A DNA stretch of 64,000 nucleotides from Chrysomallon squamiferum (GCA_012295275.1 CM022670.1:4526001-4590000), one strand, 5' to 3'. Counted from the stretch's first letter, positions 29,669-44,226 are shown. Program-made: numbers and translations. The notes: generated by a model not told the origin, from the letters alone.

Positions 29669-31063
29669 TTCATGCATACACACACATTGTTTCCTTTAAT
29701 TTTGTTTTGTTTTGTTCATTCCTTTCTTCTTGTTTATTAAGGTGACAAATCCTACTCAAAACGTGTCACCAATCTGATTAATTATAACAAACAGTTGCAC
29801 AGCGCCGATTCCCTTGCGTCCTTCGCGAAAAAGCTCTAAACTCTAACATCTTTCAGCCTTCCCATTTGTCTCCCTCTGGTACCCAGGAGACCAGAGGAGA
29901 AAATCCACTGAGCCGTGGAGTCGATGATTTTCGTCTTCATAACTTAAATACTCTTTGTTCAAGATCTGTCAGATGGCTGAGAATCTGTCTTGTAGTGTAT
30001 GAGGGAATCGCGACGTGGGCCACAACGGACACGTGTTATGTCGCTGAGAGCCAGTAGCTTGCTTCGTCGATCTTGTCAAAGATAAGCGATTCCACTCGAT
30101 ATTTCTAAAAAGGCTTTGAATAAAAGGTCGTGGTAGGTTTTGCTCTGTCTGTCATATCAACGAAGATCATTTTAACTGTGACTGTGAAGAATTACTGTCG
30201 TTCATTTTGTTACACTAGTTAGTGAACCTAGTAATAAATGTTTTTGTTTGTGTTACGTTTCATTCGTTCATATTTTAATTATATTTCAGATTACATACTT
30301 TGATAAATTCACAAAATTGTCCGGGAAAACATAGGGAAACAGAGAAAAAAAGTTTAAATATTTTAGTTTCTTTAAAAATAGTTTCGTTCATATTATTATG
30401 GCAAAAATTTCGATATTTTATGATGCTGAAAGACACTCTCAAAGGCAAACTCACAAACAGACGGAGATGTGTATTTTAATACATGAGCTATCAAGACGAT
30501 TACAGACTTCTTATTTGACAATAACATTTTTTTTTTCTTTTTCTAAAACTATTTTAAGTTCCCATTGCCTCATGCACTGGACTGTGTAAAACCACTCAAA
30601 CTTCTTCCTACGAGACGATAAACAGGATCGCCCGTGTAATCCGTTATTTCAACAGATTAGCGACTTGCCCATGTTGACCTGCGTTGTGTAAATGTTTGTC
30701 CGCTGAATTTTACAGATGACCGTCATCGGCTGTTTCGCTGGTCATCGGTATCTATGTGTTCCCACGTAAAATCCAGACACTTTCAACAAGACTGCTTCAA
30801 ATGACATATTTTTATTTTTCTTCTTTAAATGTCACAAACAGAACAGGAAGCTCCTCGGGCGTCAGCTGAGGTAAGTAGCGTGAAGGGTGATGACTAGCCC
30901 ACACATATGTTGTTGTGTCTAACGTTCCAAGCGGTAGTTAGTGGTGGGGCATTTGTTTCGGAAATAACAGCTACTTTTTAAGATTTTGCGTCTTGTGGGA
31001 ATATAAAGAGATAAACAAGTTACTGGAATAATAACCATAGTAATAAGAAGAACAAGAACGGTT

Positions 31064-31174
31064 ATAGTAGTAGTAGTAGTTCTAGCTGTAATAGTAGTAG
31101 TAGTAATAGTAGTAGTAGTAGTAGTAGTAGTAGAAGTAACAGTAGTTGTAATAATAGTATAGCAGTAGTAGTAA

Positions 31175-31236
<62 letters not shown>
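31064..31236. repeat. (GTA)n microsatellite
   Basis: Direct reading. Confidence 0.96.
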
Positions 31237-31789
31237 ATCTGTATTAATATTAAAATAAGACGTCAGTACAGTACTGTGTTCTCTACCATTCCAGTTTTGA
31301 ATATATAAAACTAAAGTAACGCAGTAACAACGCGATATAACAAAATACCACAGCAACATGTCGTTGTATGCTAAGTAAGTCATCTAGAAATAACGGTATA
31401 ATCGTACACACATAACAGCGTGTCAGGCCAGACTGCATTCAGTACCACCACCACGGCAGACTGTCCATCTAGGCCGCGAATCTAGACAGCGAAGTAATTT
31501 AGTAAACATCATTACACGTAATTACTGATTGCCTATCTTATCTCAGTTAAGTAGGCAACGAAAGACAGTAATTTTCTTTTATCGCGGATGTATCTACGTA
31601 ACTGATTGGTTAATCCTGCTATTATGGACGTTTTAGACACGTACCATCTCAATTATTTCCACATACGTGAAGGTCCCATTGTTGGAGACGTTTTTAGGTT
31701 ATCGGCTTTTGTTGTTTCTCAGATTACAGATGTATATTGAAATCAGAGGTAACAGTAAAAGTAATACCAGCAGTTCTAATGGTAATAAC

Positions 31790-31983
31790 AGTGGTGTTAG
31801 TAATGGCAGTAGCAGCAGTAATAGTAGCAGTAGTAGTAGTAGTTGTAGTATTCTTGTAGTAGTAGAAATGATAATGGTGGCATTGGTGCTGGTTGTAGTA
31901 GTAGTACCAGTAGGTGTAACAACAGTACTAGATGACATAAAAGTAGTAGCCGTAGTGGTGGTAGTAGTAGTAGTAGCAGTAGC

Positions 31984-32027
<44 letters not shown>

Positions 32028-32065
32028 AGTACTAGTGATTATGGTGATGGTGATAATGGTGGTGG
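31790..32065. repeat. Degenerate (GTA/GTG)n tract
   Basis: Direct reading. Confidence 0.92.
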
Positions 32066-34349
32066 TAAACACCAACAATAGCAGAAACAGCCGTATGATG
32101 AAACGAATTAAAAATAGCACAGCTAATATGTTCAAATAATAACGTTCATATTGTAATTTCACTAAACTGATTATTATAGAGCAGATATGTCTTATAATTT
32201 TATATCAGAATGTCTTGAAAAATATTTTTATTATAATATAATTACGATAATTTTCATGTCTTAAAGAAGTTGTAAGGGAGAAAGGAAGAAACTGCATTAT
32301 ATTAAACGTGCGAACAAGAGCATATAGGTGATTATGGTTTTATTGTATTAGTGAAAAATACGCAAGAAGACAAAGGAACAGAAGGTTTGTGTTCTAATAA
32401 CCCGAATCATTTACTCTCGTGATCAAAATTCGTATATAAAACATAACAAATAAACAATGAAAGAATCAATGAACGCACGCCGAGTTCAATTCAGAGACTG
32501 CAATTATATGGAACAAAGGTAAACGCTTCGAACTACGCGTTTCTATAGAAATCCCATAATGCCGGTAACCGGAAGGATAAGTCAACGTCAATACTTTTAT
32601 TTCCAATACTTAATTGTTCCCTGTCTCTATCATCTGATTTACACCGATGGTAATAGGTGAATGTTTTACGAGTGTGCCATTATTTCTTTAAAGAAAAGGG
32701 ACATCTCGAAATGAATCGTAAAAGAAGAATGCAGACAGCAGCTGCAACGGTGCTCTGACATTGATGGAGGAAAATACAATTGTAAATTCAGTCACTAGGG
32801 AATAGTAATGTGCGTGACCTTGGTTCGCTGATGACGACTGACATATTACGTCATATTGTGTCTTCAGACAAAAAAGAGAGAAAAAAATCATTTTGATTAA
32901 AAATATCGCGTTTGTCATTTTATTGATTACGTTGTGTTTCATATTGCATGTTTTCCAAATCAAATTAGTGTGAGAAAATATGGACAGTTTCTTGCAAACA
33001 CAAATGTCTTATTGAAACGCTTCTAAATATTGCATAGTGTGTCACATGGAACACAAAAGACTTGCACTTTATTTCCTCTTTCTGAAGACATCACGTGGTT
33101 GTTAGAATCAGAAGTGGCGAAACGAGTTTTCGACTTTTAATCAAGCTTCGTGAGATTATTTTAGAACGGTTCTTCTTCTTCTTTTTTTTCTTAATTCCCT
33201 CCTCTTTTCAATTTTAACTTGAGATCGTTTTTGCTTCTTCCTTTTCTCTCTTCCTCTTGTCTTCTCCAGCGTGTTTGTTGCTCTGATAGTTCCTGTGACG
33301 ATTAACGCCTTGGCATTGGTCAGCGGACGTCGCTTCTATTAAACCAGACAGCAGTGAAATGCAGACAAAACGCTGGTGATAGGCGTAACAATGGATGAGC
33401 CCGTAACTGGTGTTTTTCTTTTTTTTTCGGTTGTTGTTTTTTTCCTCTTTTATTCCGCGGCATGTGTTTTGTGAATCCCGGTCTGTGTCAGCTGACTGTT
33501 AATGGATTTCGCTTTTTCTTTGTTCTGGAGAGCTAATTCCGCCGAACTCGTTCACGTGGTCGCAAATAAAAATTTAATTCGGAACCGAAATCCTTTTAAA
33601 AAATGACAACCATAAGGATTTTTAACTGATGCGTTTCTGCTCGTTAGAAACCGTTACGTGCAGAAATGAACCCTCTGGACATTGCCGAGTTTCTTCTTCG
33701 TTTTCTCGCTGTTTGTCGTTGTTATGTAATTAATTTTGCCAAATGTCAATAGAAGATCATTCTGCAGATAAGCACCCTGTGGCTATAATATGATTTTTTT
33801 TTCTTAAGATAAACAACATTATTACATTTCTTAATATTATATATTTATTTATGAGGCAATGAAATGAGGAGAGAAAAAAATGTAATTTATCAATTTTAAA
33901 ATATATATTCGTATATATATATATATATATATACAAGATTAAACACATAATTATATAGATGTGTAATTATGTGATTTTGAAAGTTAGACCGGAATAAATT
34001 ATTTACAAAACTTTTGTAACAGTGACAACTACTACTAGTACTAATAATGCTATTACTAAAATAACAGCTAAAACTACTGCAACTACTGTTGCTACTACTT
34101 CAACTAATACTATTATTAGTACCACTGTTGTTGCTCTGCTTCAACTAATACTATTTTTACTTTTGTTGCCGTTATTTTGTTGCTGCTGTCTTTACTGTTG
34201 CTACTTTACTAGTGTCATCTTTACTAATAATAGCTCCGACGTTTCTAATTTAGCTTCCCCTAATCTAACTATAATTAGTATTATTTTAAATATTTGTAAC
34301 TTTAACTAATACCATAATTTCTGCTGTTACCAACGACACATAATAACAG

Positions 34350-34431
34350 CCACTACTACTACTACTACAGATACTACTATTACTTCTATTGTCATGATTA
34401 TGTTTTTTCTTCTTTTTCTACTACTACTACT

Positions 34432-34481
<50 letters not shown>

Positions 34482-34588
34482 AACTACTACTACTACTATT
34501 TATTCTACTACTACTACTACTATCCTACTCTTATTCTTATTCTCGTTATTGTTCTTATTTTCATTCTGCTTCTTCTTATTCTTCTTCA

Positions 34589-34642
<54 letters not shown>
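34350..34642. repeat. (CTA)n(TTC)(ATT)n compound tract
   Basis: Direct reading. Confidence 0.94.
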
Positions 34643-34644
<2 letters not shown>

Positions 34645-34799
34645 TAACATAAAAACACATTCAGCGGATCTCTCTCTACTCAGTTCACACACTTCTTTTC
34701 CCTTCACAAAAAAACAACAAAAAACACTCGAGTAAAACAGAAAAAAAAAAACAAGAAGAAACTGAAGGGAAAAAAAAAAAAAAAAAAAAAAAAGCCACT

Positions 34800-35045
34800 T
34801 GAGTCTTTCTCGACAGTGTTGAAAAACGGCTTGCGAGAGACAATACCTCGGTCCCGGTGGATCGCACTCAGAGCTCTGTTTGTGCCTGGCCGCTATTTCT
34901 ACAGCGAGCAGCCTGCCCTTGGCTGTGTGTGCGACGATTCAAAAGGGGGCGTTCGAAAGCGATGCTCTTCGTTGTCCCTGATTGGCTGATACTGGCGGTA
35001 TTGACACTCAGGTAGCTGAACAAGTGAAGTTCATCCCTGATCAAT
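34800..35045 (+). promoter_or_regulatory. Candidate core promoter of the protocadherin gene
   Basis: One of the most GC/CpG-rich islands, preceded by poly(A) tracts (about 34710-34792). Contains GC-box-like AAGGGGGCGT (34943-34952), a reverse NF-Y/CCAAT consensus CTGATTGGCTG (34978-34988) and Inr-like TCAATT at 35041, about 60 bp downstream of the CCAAT box. Confidence 0.5.
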
Positions 35046-35234
35046 TCGTTAATAAACTCGCTAACGCTTAGGACTTCTTTGTACGTAGTTCTTTGAAAAA
35101 AGACGGTTGTTTGATCTGTTATATGAAGTGATAGTTTTCTTCGTATTTTTTTTCTTATTGTCAGGATATAATTCGTTGGGGTCATCTTTTATTGTTGTCT
35201 GGGATGTAATACAGAAGGAATAACTGGCCTCAAG
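35041..35234 (+). other. Candidate non-coding first (5' UTR) exon; start approximate
   Basis: Unique sequence ending in a good donor CAAG|GTATGT (GT at 35235), after which the sequence becomes low-complexity. Only immediately terminated ATGs were seen (ATGAAGTGA, ATGTAA). Linkage to the 56837 acceptor (intron about 21.6 kb) is inference. Confidence 0.45.
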
Positions 35235-35934
35235 GTATGTAATATTTTCCAGTGTATATTATGATTTTATTAAGAAGTGTTTATATGATGCGTATGTGGG
35301 TGTGTTGTTGTGTGTGTGTGTATGTATATAGCACACACATACATACATACATACATCCACAATACATACATAAATGCATATATACATACTTATAAACATA
35401 CATACAACATACAATACATACACACATATTCACATACACATATATATATATATTTATCAGTGATATATATATATGCCTATAGTATATATTACTGTGTGTG
35501 TGGGTGTTGATGTGTATAATATTATTTTGAATAGATAATTATAATAATCTATTCATTAAACTTCATAAAATACACTGAAGCAATAAACTTTCTTCGTGTA
35601 ACTAATAAAGTTTTATTATAAAAGTTAATTATATCCTTAAAAAAATAATAAAAAAAGAATAATTTCACTTTTTAAAAGAATGGAATTCTTTGATGTAACT
35701 TTATCATTATTTTATATCGGGGATAAAAATAACTTCGGGCTGACTAATTACCGTTATGTATTTCCGCTGACTTCATGTATCACTGTAATGTGATATCTGA
35801 GTCATTTCTGTGTATAAGTCAATGATATTTGAAATAGGCATAACTAAATAATAAATAAATAAATAAATAAATAAATATGACTCGATTCAAAAGTTAATTA
35901 AATAAATTAAATTTTAAGAAATTTAATAATGATC

Positions 35935-35973
<39 letters not shown>

Positions 35974-36061
35974 TTAATAATAATAATAATAATAATATTT
36001 TCTCTTTCTGCCCCTTCCTAATCTACATCATCTTTACACTTTGTTTTCTTGAACCTTTAAT

Positions 36062-36066
<5 letters not shown>

Positions 36067-36130
<64 letters not shown>
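36067..36130. repeat. (CT)n microsatellite
   Basis: Pure CT run. Confidence 0.99.
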
Positions 36131-36134
<4 letters not shown>

Positions 36135-38070
36135 CGTGTTCATATTTTCTTCTATATTTCTTTTATATTTTTAATATTTTTTATACCTATATTATATCTA
36201 GAAATAAATAAGAAAATAAATTTTAAAAAAAACCAATCTAAAGTGCCCCAAGAATTTCAAAAACATGTCATGATGAATTTAGTATGTATAAAAGGACCTG
36301 TCATATTTAGATTACGTAAACAAAAAATAATAAAAATAAAAATAAACTAAAAACAAAATAAAAAAAAATAAACTGAAAAAAAAAAAAATGATGAGAAAGA
36401 AAGAAAAGAATCCAATTACAAAGCACGCGAAATGTAAAATACCACCGATTTTTTTTAACAGCACATTTAAATAATTTAATCAGGTGAACTATTCACTGCT
36501 AAAATCTTTGCTCTCTTCGCCAGTATTTACCATAATTGCCTCCTGCAATCAAACCGTGATGTACAACAGAGACAGTCATTATTTTCAATAACTTTCATAA
36601 AGTCAGAGTGTCTAATGTAGAGCTGTCATTAAATGCATGGGGTTTCTAGGTCTCCTTTCAAACGTGGAATCCTTTCCGCGCATGTGTGTCACGCGCCCAC
36701 GAGGTTACCGCTAAAATTCGGACCAATTTGAAGGAACAAGATGTCGTCTATTAATCTGAGGAAGCAAAAATAGGATTTCGATATTGCTGTGATCTGACGC
36801 TAACGAAAACGAAGTGATTCGATATAATTTGAATCATTGAATTTTAACTTATTCTAATGGACCCGCCGGTGATGTTGAGAGGAAATTTAAAAAAAAAATA
36901 TATTAGGGTTTATTTTCTCTCTTTCAACAAGATGTATCGAGTTGCCTTGCATTATCAACAAGTGATTTTTAATTTTAGACACTCATCGAAAATGGTTTTG
37001 CATTCAGATCAGTTTGACAAACTTTAAGTAACTTTTACATTAATCACAATTATAAATCAAAGTTAATTTTATTTTAATAAATATCGTTACAAACATACAC
37101 ACATAAAAACACACATACGTATAGACATCCACACGCACGTATAAAGATATACACACACATACACACACGTATACATAGATAATCACACACACATAAACGC
37201 ATGTTCATAAGTAAATTCACACAAACATACTGCAAAAATAATTACACACAAACGTTAAATCATACTTGTACATACGTAAATGCATACACACGTAAATACA
37301 TACATATAAAAGAGTTACTCAAAATCCATAAACAAAAATCTAATTAGTTTCTTCTATTTCAAAAGACATTTTTCATTTTCTGTTTACTACACATAACGAC
37401 AAACTGTCGTAGTTACTGTAACAAACAGGCGACATTCAGTTATGGCTAAACACTTTTGTTTCCCATTGATTTTACTGTTTGAAAACTACAAAAAGAAGCA
37501 ATGCTCACTTTTTGTAACGAAGTCTTTGCGTTAGATCGCCTCGAGTTGAACGCGTCAGCAAAAAGATCGCTTAGATATCGCTTGTTCTCGCTGCTGTAAA
37601 TTATTTATTAGTAGCATCAGTGATGTTGTGTAGCCCCGTACAGCTTGGAAGATAAACTTATTATGCACATTGTTCTTTGCGAATTAGCTTGGTAACGTTC
37701 CAGCAGTTCACAGGCTCTCGTCACTTTTCTTTCATTTAGCTTTGGCAGAATCGTCTTTTTCTTGAAGACACAAGGCTCAAGTTTTCATTTCTGTTTTTCT
37801 TCTGAACGTTCGTGCAAGAAAATACTCCAGCGACAGAAATAATCTTTTGTGCCGCAGATGTTTTCGCTTAATAAATCAGACTGAACAGTTTCCTTTTACT
37901 CCGAGATGTTTTTATTAGAGTAAAAATGTCAATTTGTCTAAGTTCGTGTGGAATATGTAACAGTAGTTATATGTGACGTGGATTTTTTTTTTTTTTCAAA
38001 GTTTTTTGTTATTTTAATTAGAATGAAGCTTTTTTTTAACTCGCCAGTGAGGATGGGAGGATGGATATGG

Positions 38071-38104
<34 letters not shown>

Positions 38105-40825
38105 CTTGTATGTTAGTTTACTACGAGAATGAAAGTGTATGCATGTATGATGGTCTGTTTTAGAGCAGATGTTACTGTGTACGATTACGTGCTTATGTAC
38201 TGTTGTATACCGTGTACAGGTGTTTTTCTGTCGGTTTTAACGTGTACATGGATAAATGCGTAACCTAAAGGTTTCAGTAAATGAATAGTTTTAAAATAGT
38301 TCAAATCTTTTAGTGAAATTTACTTTACTGTTATCTGTGTGGAAAATCATAATAGGCCTGATTCAAAAATAAACGAGACTCTGATCCACAATCAGTGATC
38401 CACAATCTGTCACTCGCTGTAATGGTAAACCTTTAAAACAATATTTGTTTAACGATAACACTCTGTGTACAGGACCGTCACAAATCTGATTCGCCTTCCT
38501 TCCGTCCACCTAGCAGGACAAATGCTCCCGTCAAATCACATTTACTGCCATCTTGCCCAAACTGACTACTGACCGAGTCTCGAGGGACTCTGAACACATG
38601 ACTAATGACAGACACGCCGTTGTATCTCCGTGGTTTACTGCGGCCGGACCGCCATTATGTAGCCGGCCTAATTGTGCCCATGGTCAGTGGTAGACATGGT
38701 TAATGGTTGCAGTTGCAGAAAACAATTACCACGTTATTTTGATACCAATACGAAGTGTCACGTCCGTAATAAAGGATTTAATGTGTCCAGATGTCGAGAT
38801 GTCAGCTGTAAACATTTTGACACACGACGTCCAAAGAACGGTGAATGGAGATTGTTTATTGTGCGTGGTTTGTTATTTATTAGACGTTGTTTAATACGGG
38901 CTGTTTGTTACAGCTAGTTTATTAGTCGCTGGTTAACGAGGGATGGCAGTCCGCTGTACGTGTCATGTATATCATGTTTCCAATCCCGTATCTGTTCACT
39001 TATCTAGGTTATAATTTGTAATAGTTTACTAACATTGTATTTCTTATTTCATATCCTTCTTGTCAAGCACAGAAAGAATGTGACATGGACAATTAAATAC
39101 AAAAATAATTAACTTATTTTACAGTATAATTAGAGTAAATTACTTGTTCGGTGTATTATTGTCCATTATTCAGTAGAAGTTGTAGTTGTAGTAGTATTGT
39201 AAAAGTAGGAGAAATACTAATATTAGTATATCAATAACAAATAATAGTAATAGTGAGTAGTAGCTGTAGCAATAGAATAATAATATTTAGCAGTAGTAGT
39301 AGTAGTACCAATATTATTAGTGGAAGTGGCAGTGGTAGTAGTAGTGGCAGAGTATATTTAATAGTAGGAGTAAAAGTGACTGTAATTGTTTTTGTAATAA
39401 TAATACAGCAATAGCTAACTATTCATAATGTTCTTTCTTAACAAAACAAAAAAAAAAAATGTATTTTTAACTGTTGATAAATCCATAAAGGAAAACTTTA
39501 CGACACGGTAAAACAAAATAACAAAACGAGTAAACTTTACTGCTGTTTGTTAGAATATTGTCCAGTAATGAACAGCAAATGTTTGGTCTTTGCGTTTACA
39601 AGTCAAACGTCACCTTTGGCTTTCAACGCGAAATTTCATTCTTTTTTTCTTTTCTTTTTTTTTGTTGCTTGTAAGAAAAAAGAAGCATCGATCGCTTGTA
39701 TCTCGCCACAGAACATCACTGGGCATTGTGAGGATGACGAATGATCGATGAAGAGAATAATAGTTTTTAACGGTTTCTGATGGCGTACACAATTGTACTG
39801 CTATTGTTTGATCTCTAAAAAGAAATGTGTTTTTTTTTGTTTTTGTTTTTTTCTCTGCTAATGTTGTCATGCGTTTATTATATTTATTATATATATAAAT
39901 GAGTGACTGAATGAGTTAGTGAATTATCCACGATTGAATGAGTGAGTGAGTGAGTGAGTGAATAAAAAAAAGCGAGCGAACGAACACACGATTGATGACT
40001 GAGCTGGCGAATAAAATAACGAAGGAATGAACGAATGTTTAAATACGACCGTTTAAAACCTGTTCTAGGTTTTAAAAAGATGAATGGATAGCTGGTCTGA
40101 AGAATGGAAAAATGTGTGTCCATTTATGTATCTAAAATCAACTCTTCTTGGTTCTTTGCTTTGTGAATTCCATTTCACGTTTTTATTTTGTATTTTGTAT
40201 TTATAGATTTTTTTTTCTAGATACGTGTTTGGTTTCCCATAACTACCATCATCATTATCATTACCACTTAAAAACAAAAAAATCACCATTTTGTTTTCTA
40301 ATTTATCATCATCGTTTTTTTTTTTCTTCTTTTTCTCAATCTCTTTCTTTCTTTCTTTCCTTCTTTCTTTCTTTCTTTCTTTCTTTCTTTTCCCTTTGTT
40401 TCGTAATATTTCACAAGATGCCAAAACGTTTGTTAACTGCAATTAACAGCTACCACACATCAAAGAATGTCCTCGAATCTAGACGCGGAAATCAAAATGT
40501 CAACATGTAGCTCATTTTCTTTTATCGTGTCCACGTTATTCCAGTAACGTCGAGGGCAACGTGTTTGTAGCGAGCGACGTCAACGTTGCATGCATCAACA
40601 AATGCCTCGAAAGCTGATTAACCCTTGCTCCCTGACCGCCGTGTTGTGACGTAAGTCTCGTCTACACATGCCGCGGTTGTGGCAGGTGAACAAAATGATA
40701 ACGTTGTTAGATAATTAGGAAGCATTCAATAATCCGTGAACAACAGAACAAAAAAAAAAAAGAAGAAAGAAATGTGTTGATTAAAAAGTGAAGGAGAAAA
40801 GAAAAAAGAAATTACCATGCGAAAA

Positions 40826-40872
40826 TCATTTTTATCATCATTATCATTATCATTATTATTATTATCATCATA

Positions 40873-40916
<44 letters not shown>

Positions 40917-40975
40917 AGCCTGTTTTAATATTAAATAATTTATTCCTTAATTTTTTTCTTGAATTTTATTTCTTT

Positions 40976-41023
<48 letters not shown>

Positions 41024-41047
41024 TAATAATAATAACAACAACAATAA
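40826..41047. repeat. (ATC/ATT)n ... (AAT)n inverted microsatellite pair
   Basis: ATT run about 40826-40915, AAT run about 40977-41047. Confidence 0.92.
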
Positions 41048-42097
41048 ATGGAAGTAGATAAAAAGAAATTCAATAGATTTTGGGGTTTGATCTCGGTACT
41101 TGTCACTCTACATTCTAGTAACGTAATCAACTGTCAGTATCCTCGGTCGCAGAGCTTGAGTCACACGTGACATTCTTACACAAGACAGTTTATAAATATT
41201 TAACAGCACAGACAAAAGAAAGTATGTATTGTGACACTAACAAATAATCACAGTAGACCAACTTTCTGCATGCCTGAAAATTATTGTTTTGTTTCTTTGC
41301 CAAAAAGTACCTGTTATCCTGTGATGCATAGAAACATAATTTAAACTGCACTCAGTATTTTATTTAGATGTTCCCCTGAAAGGGTGCGTCTGGGCATTAT
41401 AGACTGATTGTATTTACTTATTGTTTTATCGATTAGCGCAAACTGATATATTAATTTTAAAAAGTATGTCAGTTGTAACAGTAGTATGCGAGAATCTATG
41501 CAGATGTGTTTATTGCTGCATCTGAAAATTTTCAGTAATAACAAGTATTAAAACAGAATTAGTCCACTACGTCATGATCCAGCATCTGAGTCATACTGCA
41601 TCAAAAGATACCTCAAGAATGGTATGTTAGATCATTTGTAGATATTAACATATATGATGAACCTAATAAAGGATAAGGGTAATGAATTAAAAACATCATA
41701 CAAGCTTTACGTGTCTTAACTAATCTTCTAAAGGTACTAACTCCAACATCTTTCTACACTGTGTGCCCAAGAAAGGCGTGCTTAAGAACAACTGGGCTTT
41801 TCAGTTTCACCAAAACGTCAAAAATTTCAATTCTAAATCAAGAATTTGTGATTCATCAATGTCAGCTGAGTAAACTAGAAATAAACAGTTTACGAAATGT
41901 GTGGGCTGGCATGTTAACAAGGAAACGAAAAGGTTGTTTAGCTATATTCCAACATGATGGTAACCAAAGGCCATTAGATGTCAAACATATGATAATTGCA
42001 ATAAATGGCTTAAATTGCAACAATAATAAAAATCGCTCGCGTGTTAAAGGCCTTCATTTAAACTTCTACAGTATAAAAACAGAGTACTGTGAAGCCT

Positions 42098-42175
42098 GGC
42101 TGGCATCGTGGTGAAACGGCTAAACCAGCGGCCTAAAACCTGATATGTGATGGGATCGAATTTTGATAGAGCTGC
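42098..42175 (+). mobile_element. Decayed tRNA-derived (SINE-like) head
   Basis: A-box-like TGGTGAAACGG (42109-42119) and B-box-like GGATCGAATTT (42153-42163), 44 nt apart start to start, as in tRNA-type Pol III promoters. No intact cloverleaf. Confidence 0.35.
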
Positions 42176-43128
42176 TACTTACAAACTCCTCATTCTTTAG
42201 CTTATTAACATGATTTGTTTGCCGAGTCGCAAACAGAAAACTCAGGATTCTTGTTAAGTCTTCTACTTAACTTATCAGATTCGTCCGCGGTCAGACATTG
42301 TCAAAGCTACATTCAAATTTAATATTTTATTTCATTTTAATTTTCTCTATTTTCTTTATTTTCTTTTTGTTTTGTTTTATTTTATTTTATTTTATTTTAT
42401 TTAATTTAATTTATTTTATTTTATTTTATTTATTTTAATTTATTTTATTTATCATGTATTATTGACTGATATATTAATATATTTTCAAAAGACAATAAAT
42501 ACCTAGAAGAAAAATCTTCTTTACAAAGGAATCGATCTTATATACCTAGCTTCACAATTTAATCCTTACCTGTCAAGCCAAAATGATCTTCCTTCATTTA
42601 ACATGTTTAACAAATTAACCTAATCCTAACACAATAATTGAACCTTCCTTTCCTTTTAAGTAACCAGTGTTTTTTTTTTTTTTTAATTCTCATATTCCTA
42701 GATATCTCCTCAGATCGAACAAAAGATATCATAATTCCAATAATCCTTCGAGTCAAAGTTCTTTTGTTGTTTTTATCATTTTTCTACGTCTGTGGGGAAT
42801 TCGAGATAGACCTTCTGTTGGTGTAGCATTTCTCGTGCAAAGAGTTCAGTTAATCGACATACACACGAGATTCTTCTCGTATGCATTTCATGGCAGTCTT
42901 TTATATATTCCCCTTGTCTGACAAGCACAAACCTCGTACAGCCAAAAAAAAAAAAAAAAATTAGCAAGTGGTTAAAGCCGATAGAAATCATCAAATAATT
43001 ATGTGCACTTGTAGAATTACGATTTTTTTTTTCTTACTTTAATATTTGCTTTGTTTTCTTTGATCTCGTTAATTTATCCGCTTTCGCAGTCCTCAGAAAC
43101 ATATATCTGCGTGTCTTTGTACAGTCAT

Positions 43129-43229
<101 letters not shown>

Positions 43230-44109
43230 AAGACATAGACATAATCATAATCGAACCTAATCAAATTAACTAAAAAAAAAAAAAAACTTATTCAGCTGAC
43301 ACGGATAGAAACACAGTCGGTATATTCCAGAGTTAGCAGAAACTGTCAGCGATGTCATAGAAACTCGAGTTATCACGCGCAATTAGCTTCCTATCTCCCG
43401 GACAGGCCGTGGCTTCCGCTTCGTTGTCATTCGCCGAGTCTCTGGCGTCGCCGAGAGCCGAGTTCTACCTGACTACTTCGACAGGTGAGAGAGAGGCCGA
43501 CTGCGCGGCTGTGCGCAATAATCTTTGAGTTCTTCACTCGTGTATGTAATAACACTGCACAGGCTAAGGATAACAGCGGGTAAGGCACCAATTGATTTAT
43601 TTCTCTGTCGCTCTCTTTTATTCAACTTTTATATATATATATATTTTTTTTTTTTTTCCCCCGATCTTTATGTTTTTAATTTTTTTAGTTGTGTTATTTT
43701 TACCGTTAATCGCTCTATTTATTTTATGATTTTCTTTTTGCATCTGTTTTTTTTTTTTTTCTTGTATTTATTCAGTTGTTTACCTGAAGTGATGCCCATG
43801 CTTTTTTTTCTTCTTTCATTTTCTTTTTCTTTTCTTTTTTTCTTTTCACTGGTCTTATAATTACATTCATTTTCTCGTTAATTTACTTTTCACAAGTCTT
43901 ATAATTATTGTGGCTATTTGAGTTTGTATTTATAACATTTATTCCCTATTTCTTCGTTAAATGTTTTTGTACTTCTTTCAGTTCACGCTTAACATTAATT
44001 AATCTATTCATTCATATTTTCATTCTATTTTAAGTTTATTTCAGTTGTAATTTCTTTAATATACATATATATATTTTTTTATATATATAGATACATAAAA
44101 CACACATGT

Positions 44110-44121
44110 AAACACACACAC

Positions 44122-44198
<77 letters not shown>

Positions 44199-44226
44199 CA
44201 AAAATATATACAAATATACATATAAA

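Noticed and set aside
41761-42114. 117 aa non-repetitive ORF
   Set aside because: Non-ATG start, no recognisable motif, and no clear splice sites.
42098-42175. Functional tRNA gene
   Set aside because: Boxes are degenerate and acceptor/T stems cannot be paired; kept only as a SINE-like relic.
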